Shown here piece after piece: positions 35,601 through 46,398 of a DNA stretch of 64,000 nt. The stretch is from the NCBI GenBank assembly GCA_030704615.1, contig CM060733.1, positions 23,250,001 to 23,314,000 on the forward strand. The letters are read 5' to 3'. Origin of the DNA: Takakia lepidozioides. Taxonomy: Eukaryota > Plantae > Bryophyta. The notes under the pieces are model-generated. The model saw only the letters and a program-made list of their open reading frames with translations, was not told the DNA's origin and made no database searches. How positions within the stretch are numbered: the first letter of the stretch is position 1; every line of letters starts with the position of its first letter. Position numbers and translations under genes: made by a program.

Positions 35601-38600
35601 CTAGAGGTTCTCCATCCCTGGCAGAGGCCTTTAGCTGTGAGGGCCCCAAGTGCTTAGTGGCTAACACTCTGCCTAATACTAGAGTGTTCAATAGTTCTTA
35701 GATTCTGCGTTTCTACTGTTTCTTTTGTCTCTGGGTCTTTTGTACTTTGTGTTCCCTTGGGGGGAGGTAATAAGTTTCTTTCCTCTGGAGGTGTATGTGT
35801 AGATGTTGTTCTATTGTGTCCTTTGGGCTTTTTGGGCCCCACACATGTCCTAGAGATTGGATTTGCTGTGCAACCACAGCCACTTGTCCTGACTGTGGCC
35901 AAATAGGGGGTTAGAGCAGCAGTGGGGGAATCAAAATTGCTTTTTCAGCTTTTTCTAAGTTTGACTGTGTGGGCTTATATGCCTGTTGAATACTGATAGA
36001 CTCCCTGGTATTTTTTTTGTACAGTTATGGACTTTTCAAAATGTTCGATGATGTAATGCTCCTGGCTAAGGGGGGGCGGACTGTTTACTTGGGACCGGTG
36101 GATGAAGTGGAAGATTATTTTGCGGGATTGGGTTTTGAGGTTCCAGAGCGTGTAAACCCCCCGGATCAGTACATGGATGCACTTGAGGGCATTGTTATTC
36201 CAGAAAATCAACCAGACTTTGATCCAGAGACTTTACCAGTCCTCTGGATGATTCATCAGGGGTACAGCATCCCGCCAGAGCTAATGGCTACAGCTGCAGA
36301 ACTTTACTCAGTGGATGGTAAGAGGCAGAGGAGAAAAGAGCCATCAAAACTGGGGGTGAGGACTTCTACATTTGCACAAGAAGTGTTGATGGATCTGCAT
36401 GTTTCCTGGGTTTTGAGCTGGGATTTACTGAAGGGCACATTCACAAAGGTGGATGACATGTCAGGCCGTCGGACACCCGGATTCTTCACCCAGTTTCAGA
36501 TCATTTTTCGCAGGTCAGACTTATAATTCGGGGCATTTTGTAAAGACCATCGAGAGGAATTGAGAGTTCGTTTCTATCTTCACCTACTTTGAAGGGCAAC
36601 ATGTACGCCACAATCAGCTACACTAGAATCCATGTATTAGAAGTGACAGGTTTAAGGCCATGGCAGCTCACCACTGCTGGACCTTCCCATTTTGACATAA
36701 CTGAGTGAGAAACCATGTGGCAAGGAACATGTCACTTTTCACGTTCAAAATTATTTGTCCCTCAACTTCACTTGCTAAAGAGAGTCCTTAGTCACACGAT
36801 TGAGGGATCTGTTTGAAAAGAGAGAACACCCAATGCACCTTAGTCTCCTACAACCTGTCGATTGATCTAGAAGTTTCAGGATCTACTGACAAAATGACAT
36901 CTTGGGTCTGAGGGTAGCACAGCACATGTCAACTCTGTTAGCTCTGGCATTTGTGTTTGCTTCCTTCCTGTCTGATCCTTTGCAAGTAATTCTAGGCAAC
37001 CTCAGATATGTGACTTCTCACTAAAGGGAAGTGACAGTTCTAGGAGGTTACTTGGTGTTTTGGTATTGACTGGAATTTGGCTTGGGAGTTTCGCGAGTAC
37101 AGAGTGGCAAAACAGCGGTTTCGTGAGGCTAGGATTCAGGTCCAAGACTACATTATTTTGCTCATGGCAGGGGCATGCTTAGGTGTTCTCTCAGACATGA
37201 GTGATACCAAGCTGGGCTCTAGTGGTTACAGCTACACACTCATTGCTTTTGGTACAGTTCCTTTACTTCTGCACCCTTCCTACTCTTTGTTAATCTTCAC
37301 CCTCTCTCCTTTCCTCCTGCCCTTCCCTCTCCCTGTCTCTTCAAGCACACAATGAAGCTCTGTAGACAGTGGTATAAGGATTTTCATGCACTGTAGTAGT
37401 TACCATATGCTGCATCAAGCTTGGCTGAAAGCCTGCCAGCACTCTTACCAGTTTCTTTGTCTTTCACAACTCCAGGATCACTTTTTATATTGCTGTCAGG
37501 TGTAGGGAGGACAGTGTTTGTTAACCATCTCACAGTTTACACCTTGTTCCTAATCACAATTGACATGTGTGCTTGTTGTTCTCTGTACAGCTCTGCTAGC
37601 CATGATAGCTTCTTTAAGGACCTTCACGGCAGACAAGCTCCAGTTCTGGCGGGAGAGCGCATCAGGAATAAATCGCATTGCATTTTTCCTTGCTAAGGAT
37701 ATGGTGGACCTGTTTAATGTGGTGATCAAACCTCTGATCTATCTTTCCATGTTCTACTTCTTCAGCAATCCCCGCTCCACATTTGTGGCTAACTTCACAG
37801 TTACAGTTATGCTGGTGTACTGTGTCACTGGCATATCATACATTTTCGCCATCCTAATGCAGCCTGCGCCTGCACAATTGGTGAGCTCTCACGCTTAAGT
37901 CTCTTTTTTCTTTCTTACTCTCTCTTTCTCTCTCTGAACAGCAAACAGAAGCAGAGAGGAAAGGGAGAGTGCAATTGCCCGTTGTGTGGGCAATCTGAAG
38001 ACAGTATTCATTTTCTGATACACTGTGTTCTCTCACCAAAGAGACGCTCTCTTCAAATCTATCAAGGGAATTGTGGCTGTACCCCTGTTTACCAACTTTG
38101 AAAGTCTCGAGGCTGAGCCAAAAGCCCAGGCCCTCCTGAGGCCTAGTTTTTGGGCAAATCACACACACCAGATTGATGCTTGTGTGAAGGGATTTCTAGA
38201 GGATATCTGGAAAACCCGGATTAATTCTATATATGAAGGTAAGTCTTACTACCAACGTCAGCCCCTGACAGAGGTAGATTCTGTCCCTTTTGTTCCCGCT
38301 CAAACTGGGCGCGGGGTCAGTGGCCACAAGGCTACGGCAAACAACGTCTTATGAGTACAATCTCTCTCCTCTCTCTCTCTCTCTTTATACCAAGGTCAAT
38401 GGCCACAAGGCTACAGCAAACAACGTCTTATGAGTACAATCTTTATACCAAGGTATAAAGCACCATTTCATTTCATTTCTCTTTATACCAAGGTAAGTTT
38501 ACTACCAACGTCAGCCCCTGACAGAGGTAGGTTCTGTCACTTTGTGTTCCGCTCAAACTGGGCGCGGGGTCAATGGCCGCTACGGCAAACAACGTCTTAT

Positions 38601-41600
38601 GAGTACATTCTAACTCTCTCTCTCTCTCATCTGCAGTGTGGGTTCATAATTCCAACGATATTTCTTCCCCCCTCGTCCACCTAACAAATTTTCTCTGGTC
38701 GAACATGATCAAACTACAGTAAGTCAGGCTAGGTCTCTAGAATCCATTCAAGTGGGGGTGCTTAAGGAATGCATGTCAGCATGCTCCAAAACAGCTAATG
38801 TGGCTGTTCGGGGTGAGTTTGGCATCCCTCCCTTAAGCTCCTGACGAGATGAATTCAAGGTCAAATGGTGGGGTCAGCTGCAACATATGACTAATATCAG
38901 ATACCCTAAGTTAATGGACTCTATATCTTGGAAGCAGGATTGCCCTGTCAAACAGGCTAAGTCCTGGCAAAAAGGGGTAGAAGAGATTCTCAAGGATCTG
39001 AATCTAAGTCCGCAAGTCTTGACCCTGCTTGGATAAATCTGACTTAGAGGCTGTAGTGTCCAAGGCCATGTCTGTTGCCAGGAAATTGTCTGATGAAAAT
39101 GTAGTTAGGCAGAAAAGTTCCCTAAACTTGTTTCCAGTCTGTGACATGGGGGAGGACATCATGGATGACCTCCAGGGTTTACTCACTCTCGGAACATGAC
39201 TGAAATTTAAACTCGGGGCTGGAAGCCTACGCTTGAACAGCAAACAGATGCAGACAGGGTAGGGGTATTGCAAATGCCCGTTGTGTGGGCAACCTGAAGA
39301 CAATGTTCATATTCTGATTCATTGTCCTGGCCTCTCACCAGAGAGACGCCCTCTTCAAATCCATCACGGGATTTGTGCCTGTACCCTCTGTTTACCAACT
39401 GGGAAAATCTTGAGGCTCAGCCAAAAGCCAAGGCCCTTTTGGAGCCTAGTTATTGGGCAAATCACACACAGCAGATTGATGCTTGTGTAAAGGGATGTCT
39501 AGAGGATATCTGGAAAACTCGGATCAATTGTCTGTTCCAAGGTAAGTCATACTACCAGCCTCAGCCCCTGACAAAGTTAGTTTCTGTCCCTTTGTGTTCC
39601 GCTCAAACTGGGCGCGGGGTCAATGGCCGCAAGGCTACAGCAAGCAACATCTTATGAGTACATTCTCTCTCTCTCTCTCTCTTCCATTTTGTCCCATAAG
39701 CTCTATGAGATTTCCGTGGACGTTATAAAGTACCATTTCATTTCATTTCATTTCTCTCTCTCTCTCATTCATTTCATTACCTTTCGGCCTCTTTATCTCC
39801 CTCTCTCCTGAGGGCTTTGGGGCGGTTCAGGGTGGGCTCCCACAACCTACGGATAGAGACTGGCAGATGGGAAAACCTGCAGCGGGAGGACCGCCTATGC
39901 CCTGCTTGCACAGGGCGCAACCAGGAAATTGAAACTGAAGAACACTTCTTCTTCTATTGCCCCCTATACTATGAGATCCGTGGGAGATTCCATTGTCTAT
40001 TCCGTGGAACCCAATCTCTCACTGAAGTCTTCCACTATGAGGATCAGAAATGTTTGGCAGCCTACCTGCACGAGGCATTCACCCTTAGACAATCACTCGA
40101 ACAATAGTTCTTTTCTCTGACTCTGGTTTTCCTATTTTCTCTCGTGTTCTTCCTTCCACTTTGTCCCATAAGCTCTATGAGCTTTCCACGGACGTTATAA
40201 AGCACCATTTCATTTCATTTCTCTCTCCGTGTTCTGCTCAAACTGTGCACGGGGTCAATGGCCACAAGGCTACGGTAAACAATGTCTTATGAGTACATTC
40301 TCTCTGTCTGGTGGGCCACAAGGCTACAGCAAACAATGTCTTATGAGTACATTCTCTGTGTCTGGTGGGCCACACGGCTACAGCAAACAATGTCTTATGA
40401 GTACATTCTCTCTGGTGGGTGCAAACCCCACACAAGGCTCTGGGAGGATTAGTTTCCTGCAGGGTCAATGGGCTGTAAGGCTATGGCAAGCCAATGTTCA
40501 TAGGGAAAGGCATGAGTTCATTCTCTCTCTCTCTCTGTCCACCTCTCTCTCTCTGCAAGCTGGTGCCTTTTTAGAGACTCATTGTTGTTGGCAGTTGCCT
40601 TCATCTATGAGGACCTTAAGTGCCTAGCAGCTTACTGTCTCCAAGTGACATTTTCATTTGCTAGGTCCTCCAGGTGGCTGCCTTTCTTAAGCAAGATACT
40701 CCATAAGACAAGTGAACGTTTGTGACAAAACTTTGTCTTGGACGTTCAGCTGCATACTAAGTCTAAAGAGATGGTGGGATTTTGGCAGTGGTCGGTGTTT
40801 GTGCCTATTTTGGCAACACTAATTGTGGCCTCGCAACGAACTGGATTCCTGCACCTTCTCTCATATCTAAGCTATGCTCACTATGCACTTGAAGCCTACA
40901 TCATTGCAAACGCGAAAAGGTGAGTAATCTTCCCCTTCAGTTTTGGTTGCAATAGCGACAATATATTCTTCCACTCTGTGGCCATTACACTATTCTGACA
41001 CATCATTTCATCTTGCTAGATGGCTTTCAGCCATAATTCCAGTAGTGGGATGCTTTTCAATCAAGGAATCTGATTTTTGCATGTCAAATCTCCTCCAGAA
41101 AGCTGTTACAGTAGTGTTGATGGATTTGAAGATTCACCTACAACTTATTAACAAGGAGAGTCAGAGCGTCTGGGTCTTTAGCCTCTCACCAAAAGACAAA
41201 AGAGACAAATGCAAGCCTTTAAAATGAAGGCCCCTTGTGGAAAAACCCCCCCTTGACTGCTTCAGAAATTGTATGCTACCCTCACCGTCAAGCCCACATG
41301 GGTTCCCTCTGTCCCAGCTTGGTGTAACTCTAATTTCAGCGTAGAGCTTAGTATGTGAAAGGCCTTTGGGTATTCTTGAAATCAGTTTTTATGGGTTTTA
41401 CAGATTGTACTCATAAGATGTTGTTTGCCGTAGCCTTGTGGCCATTGACCCCGCGCCCAGTTTGAGCGGGAACAAAAGGAACAGAACCTACCTCTGTCAG
41501 GGGCTGACGTTGGTAGTAAGACTTACCTTCATATAAAGAAGGTAACTTTATGGGGTTTACAGAGTTAAATAGAATGCAAACCTTTGCATGTTTAGCTCAC

Positions 41601-41789
41601 ATGTGGGGGGCCTGGTGGGCCAGATACACTGGGGTATGGATAATTTCTCGGTGTGCTCTTCTTGAGAAGGAGGGCTACCATCTCCAACACTGGTCTCTTT
41701 GCTTATTGGCTCTTTTCCTTTATGGTTTTGCTGCTCGATTGGTAGCGCTAATGTGTTTGTTCACCAGCAACAGAAGTCGACAAAAATAA
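29631..41789 (+). CDS. ABCG28: Half-size ABCG transporter with Cys-rich N-terminal extension (ABCG24/ABCG28/WBC30 type)
   Basis: Approximate exons 29631-29992, 30535-30608, 31287-31541, 31648-31711, 31944-32082, 32657-32691, 32811-32889, 33368-33612, 34036-34778, 35181-35477, 36024-36512, 37102-37251, 37591-37879, 40789-40919, 41624-41789. [10 protein letters not shown], Walker [41 protein letters not shown]. The symbol indicates the subfamily only. Confidence 0.92.
33045..33288 (+). mobile_element. Older 5'-truncated family A LINE copy in an ABCG intron
   Basis: [18 protein letters not shown] and the end GGCCACAAGGCT...TTATGAATACATTCTC. Confidence 0.8.
37935..38630 (+). mobile_element. Stacked family A 3' ends (37935-38380, 38397-38439, ~38490-38627) plus a 25-bp family B end (38455-38479)
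   Basis: CPLCG zinc-knuckle region, ORF end [18 protein letters not shown], (CT)n at the junctions, and 15-mer TCTTTATACCAAGGT at 38382, 38440 and 38480. Confidence 0.9.
38715..39682 (+). mobile_element. Longest family A fragment: RTEX-like ORF2 C-terminus
   Basis: [59 protein letters not shown]. Ends in GAGTACATT(CT)n. Confidence 0.88.
39683..40220 (+). mobile_element. Family B RTEX-like LINE 3' ends with (CATTT)n tails (39683-39753 and ~39810-40220)
   Basis: [16 protein letters not shown]...RLCPAC...[18 protein letters not shown]. Shared end TTGTCCCATAAGCTCTATGAG.TTTCC..GGACGTTATAAAG.ACCATTTCATTT. Confidence 0.88.
40228..40540 (+). mobile_element. Three 54-bp tandem family A ends plus one older diverged end
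   Basis: GCCACA at 40261, 40315 and 40369. Diverged copy at ~40462-40535. Confidence 0.85.
41403..41535 (-). mobile_element. Family A 3' end, antisense, in the last ABCG intron
   Basis: Reverse complement of the 38232-38362 segment. Confidence 0.9.
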
Positions 41790-43680
41790 AAGTGAGTGAC
41801 AAGTGAGTGACTCAAACCTGGGCCTTGGCTTTTGGGCTACGAGATGTAGTAACTTGTGTGAAGGGTCCTGTTGTTGCTCTCATTCCTTACCATGGCATTC
41901 TGAGTCCTTACAATGATGAAACAATTGAGCTATTGTATGTTTTTTTCCCAGGATAGAGAGTGTTGCTAAGCTGGGTTACTGTCTCCCATAAGAACATAAA
42001 TATAACAGTCAAACTGACTCTTTCTAACTTGTCTTGAGTTGTTCTGGCAACAGGGTTAAGGTCTTCGAATGTATGCCTAAATTACTTCCCCTCTTTAGCC
42101 ATTTTGCTAAAGGGAGCTCTTTCTCACATTTTAGTGGGTGCTTACTTCCCAATTTTTAAGCTACAGCTACAAGAGTGATGCTGAAGGACTCAGATACCTT
42201 CAACGTAACAGACAACCATGTCCTGCATCTTTATGACAAAACAAGAGGAGATCAACCCCTGTGCTGTCCATTGAGAACCCTTTTCCTTTTGATATTGGAG
42301 GACAATTCACTGTTGTATATAATTGGGGCCCTCATAATGGCCCTCACTGGAGGTTTTTAGGCCCTATCAGCCTGGCGGAAATCAGGTAAGGCCACTTCCA
42401 TTTCCGTTCTAGATAATGTTATATACCTGGCTGCTGTTCAGAAATTATGTGTTATTTCCTACATAAGAGGATTACATGAGACAGGAACGGGAGAAAGTTA
42501 GACAGGGAGGTGGTTGTGTTTTCCAAGGTCTATCAGTGACAATTTTATGAAAGTGCAGCTGTGGAGCTCTCATGATATGTTGTTAGTCATAATACGCAAT
42601 AAGTTGGGCCAATCTCCAATAGAAAAAAATTGAATCAGTACAGTGAGCCTCTGGGAGATGTGTGGGTGGAATATGCATTTGTGGATGAATTCGTCTGTGC
42701 CTTTGATTGCTTGAAGCAGATGGGTTTTCCTGATCTGACAGTAGAATTATTGTGTTTGTGGATGTGATAGGATGGATAACAAGGTCAGGAGTAACATGGT
42801 GGTGTTCCATGGCGGGCAAGGTCTCATCAACACTTTTTCTTATCACTACCCACAGAACCAGACGGGAACTGGTTAGAGCACACCCTCTAGGAGGCATATC
42901 AAACTACTCAACTACCCGTCAAGGACAACGGATGTACGGCCTATTTTCTCATAGGTTTCACAAGAACATGTGGGCTGGTTTTAGTCCTGACTCCAGTGAA
43001 GCACCTAGGATCACCTCAGCAAATTCAACTCAAAAAGCTGCTGGCCATTGACACAATCTGCATAGAGTTGTGTACACTTCAGTCTTCGATGTGAACCCTC
43101 TCTGGTCACTATAAGGTAGACTTCACACTAGTTTGCAATCCTGTCTTGCTGTTGGATTGTCAATCTGAATGAGCATGTGCTCAACCAGCATCAGTTGCTG
43201 GTTTTTGTAGACTGATGTGCACCACTCTAGCAACGTGTAAGTCAAGCACACTGTGAAGTGTTGGAACACTTTCCACCTTGGTTCAGGGGCTGTCACTGTG
43301 GGTCTTGTTTCCCATGAGATCTGAACACATTTTTGTTGTAGGTAATGAAAAATCAACCTCATTTGGTCCAAAGTATTCACGCAGCCATCGCTTTTTGCAA
43401 GGCACAAGAAACTTTTACATAATAGGACAAAAATTATCACTTTTAAACGACAGCAATCTTGGATTTGACAGACTTTGTGCAAGCCTGAAAGCCAATGCAA
43501 ATACATCTCAAATACATTGGGAATGCTTACTGCATGAGGAGCAGGGTAGGAAGACAGTTTTGGCATACCAACTGACCATCATCGAATTTTAGCCCTGAGG
43601 AAGGTTACTAACAACTGAAAAGTCTATTGAAATGTGCACCAAGACTTCATGCAACAACAAAGTCTGGTAGCTAAACTCTA

Positions 43681-44328
43681 CCATCAAATGGCTTCTTTGC
43701 AAGACTTGGGATATGTTCTGTTAGATGGCGTGGTTCTAGTTTGCAGTCCTGCGTAAACAATCAAACGAGAACCATGTCATAATCCGGCCACATGAATGGC
43801 TGAAAAAGAAAGGTTTAATGTTGCTTCGAGAAAATTATTGCGTAGTTGCCTTAGGACTGTGTTCGCATCACGAAGGGGAAGCTGTGATGATTATACCTCT
43901 AACAACATATGCGGGAGCGCAGGGCTGTGTTTAAGATGACTGATGAAGCCTTTCAAACAAATTCGAACCCAACAAAGCAGGGATAGATGGTGGACACCCA
44001 TCTTGGGATATATGTTTCCAACCCGTGATGTCCAACAATACCACAATAACGAAGAGTGACAACACAGATCTAGAGAGAGAGAGCAAAGGAATACATGTTC
44101 TATTGGCTTCCCAAACCTGATGTACACAGTTTCTGCTACATCAGCCATGCGCTCGCCTGTGGCAGCTATGCGCTCGCCCACCTCAGCCATACGCTCCCCA
44201 ATACGAACAAACCTCTTCCCAAGCTCTCCTACCTTGTAAGCCAAGTAGCAAACTGCGCATGCGACTAATGCAGACCCCAGCGCACCATGACTCCACCAGG
44301 CCGCATTAAACAAGCGATCTTCAGACAT
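43681..44328 (-). CDS. Uncharacterised small protein with an N-terminal TM helix and heptad repeats; exon structure uncertain
   Basis: GALGSALVACAVCYLAY followed by IGERMAE-VGERIAA-TGERMAD. Candidate exons 44328-44095 and 43748-43682. Confidence 0.4.
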
Positions 44329-45147
44329 TCCCCTTCCACTTCACTTCATTTCACAAGCATAATTTATCTGGGTTCTGCTCATCAATCTCGCCAACCGCCC
44401 TGCTGCGTTGAGAATCGAGATTGTATATGATACCGATAACCAGAATTCATGACGGCCCTAATATTCTCTCAAATCCCAGCCCAGATCTTCTCCCGACATC
44501 CTCAGAATTGTGTAAGGGTCTTTCTCCCGGTTTCCACTTTGTGATCTTCACGTAGACGAAGTCTTCCAACTGTCTACGATGCGTGCCATGAGATCAGTGG
44601 AAATTTCAACCTGCAGCAGGTTGGTGTAGCTATGTTGGAGAGATTACGTAGAATTTGGTATGCCCTAACTTCATTGTGAGTACTCAATGGATACATTTCG
44701 TGTAACAACCAGCCTGACATTTTCTTCAATATTTCTCACTTGTCTTACTGGAGAAATCCGATTTAGATTGTTTGGAGGGGCCGCGCAAGCGCGAGCCCCC
44801 GCTCCCACAAATTACGACGTGCATGCCCCCCGTAGGGAGATGCTAGGGTCACCCGCTCCGAAGTGCAATGGAGCAGGCTTTCCTAGGCCATCGACCTTAA
44901 GGATCATCGATTGACCCCGCCCAGGTAAGTATGAATGGAAGTGCAGCGAGCTGGTTTATATACCCAATTCTGAGAAGTTTCGGGCAATCGATATGGGATA
45001 ATTCAATGGAGCATAGCCGTCAAAGCTATGAAGCCCTAGGCATCCATTTGGTTCCTAATGTCATCCGTCCGTTTATGTGCGTTTGAATTATCTCCACGAA
45101 TACTGTGTTGTTGTAGTGTGGGAGGAAGGAAGGAGGGAAGGAGGGAG

Positions 45148-46398
45148 ATGGAGGAGATGGAGGGTGCAGGAACGGGGAGGGGTAGAGAGGAAGACAAAGA
45201 CTGGATCGTTGTGCGATCTCGGAAAGGGAAGGCTCGGTCTGGATTCGTCCTGCAAGGTAATCAGAATTTGCAGTCCTCCTGTTGTCCTGGGAGCTCTCAT
45301 CATGCTTTCGGTGCCTTGCGAGGTAGAAAGCATCGGGAGGCCAACGGTGAGCACGGAGTTAGAAGTAGCTGGATTGACCAGCAAAGATGGTTGAAATACG
45401 GAAACGACAGCTCCAGCGCGCCTCTGGGTGACACGGGAGAGCGGGAGGAGGAGGAAGTAGAAAAGCTGGTGCTGAAGGTGCGAAGAACTATGGAAAAAGT
45501 CCAGCAATCGGGTTTCTTTAAAACGTTCGTGAAACAGCTGCGGGATTTAGGGCTTTTGGAGACCTTGAGTAAGAAAGCAACTGGATCAGTGAATTGTGAG
45601 CTTCTTGGAGGGCCCCCGTTGAATAGACTAGAAGAGGGGGAAGAGGCATTTACAACACCCGAGGGAGAAGATGTCCTGTGGGCAAGAGAATGTCAGAATT
45701 CACATTTGGGATGGAGAAGAGAGACAGAGCTGATGAATGGTAGCTCAGAGAGTGCTTCGGAACCCTTGGAATCCAAAGTTGAGCCAGTGACAGAATCGAA
45801 TGTTAGAGATGATGAAGTAAGACCGGAGACTTGCGGGGGGGCTAAAACAGAGGCGGATCCCACCGACGGGAATCTGAGACAAGAGAGGGACATTGAACTA
45901 GTAGTATATGGGGTTGGCAGCATTGCTGACAGCGATGTGTCGCGTTGCCAATTATCCCTTGCGATTCTTCTCAAGCACACTTTCCAACCATTTATTAGAG
46001 AGGTTATTGTGTATGATCCGGTTCTTTCTTCCTCAGAGTGCAGTGCTGTTAGAGTCCTGGGATGTTCGCCATTGTCTCTTGATGAGCAGGGAAGGAGACG
46101 CGCCCAGGCTCCCACTTTGTTCTACATGCCCCACTGCGAAGTGGGACTCTATGACAACGTATTGCAAGCGAATCTGAACCCTTGGTGCCTTGGTCAACTA
46201 GCGATTCTTGGGAACAGTTTTCAGAGGTATCAGGAAAGGTGGTCTGTCTTTCCGAATCCAAAAGTTTTTCGGCCGGATTGTCTGCTGGAGCTGCAGATGC
46301 ATGTGGTGGAACACACGGTGGATGCAGAATCGTTTCCTCTCCCGTCAGCCTTCAACGATATGAGTTTACATTTGTTTCCCTATTGCAGTCCATTATAA
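45148..46398 (+). CDS. SRR1: SENSITIVITY TO RED LIGHT REDUCED 1 (SRR1 domain), single coding exon
   Basis: WIVVRSRKGK, LVVYGVGS, CQLSLAILL, VYDPVLS, PTLFYMPHC...LYDNVL, ILGNSF, AFNDMSLH. Confidence 0.92.
   Translation: MEEMEGAGTGRGREEDKDWIVVRSRKGKARSGFVLQGNQNLQSSCCPGSSHHAFGALRGRKHREANGEHGVRSSWIDQQRWLKYGNDSSSAPLGDTGEREEEEVEKLVLKVRRTMEKVQQSGFFKTFVKQLRDLGLLETLSKKATGSVNCELLGGPPLNRLEEGEEAFTTPEGEDVLWARECQNSHLGWRRETELMNGSSESASEPLESKVEPVTESNVRDDEVRPETCGGAKTEADPTDGNLRQERDIELVVYGVGSIADSDVSRCQLSLAILLKHTFQPFIREVIVYDPVLSSSECSAVRVLGCSPLSLDEQGRRRAQAPTLFYMPHCEVGLYDNVLQANLNPWCLGQLAILGNSFQRYQERWSVFPNPKVFRPDCLLELQMHVVEHTVDAESFPLPSAFNDMSLHLFPYCSPL

Noticed and set aside
40228-40420. Short regularly spaced repeats resembling a CRISPR array
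   Set aside because: They are LINE 3' termini with non-unique spacers in a eukaryotic intron, and no cas genes are present.
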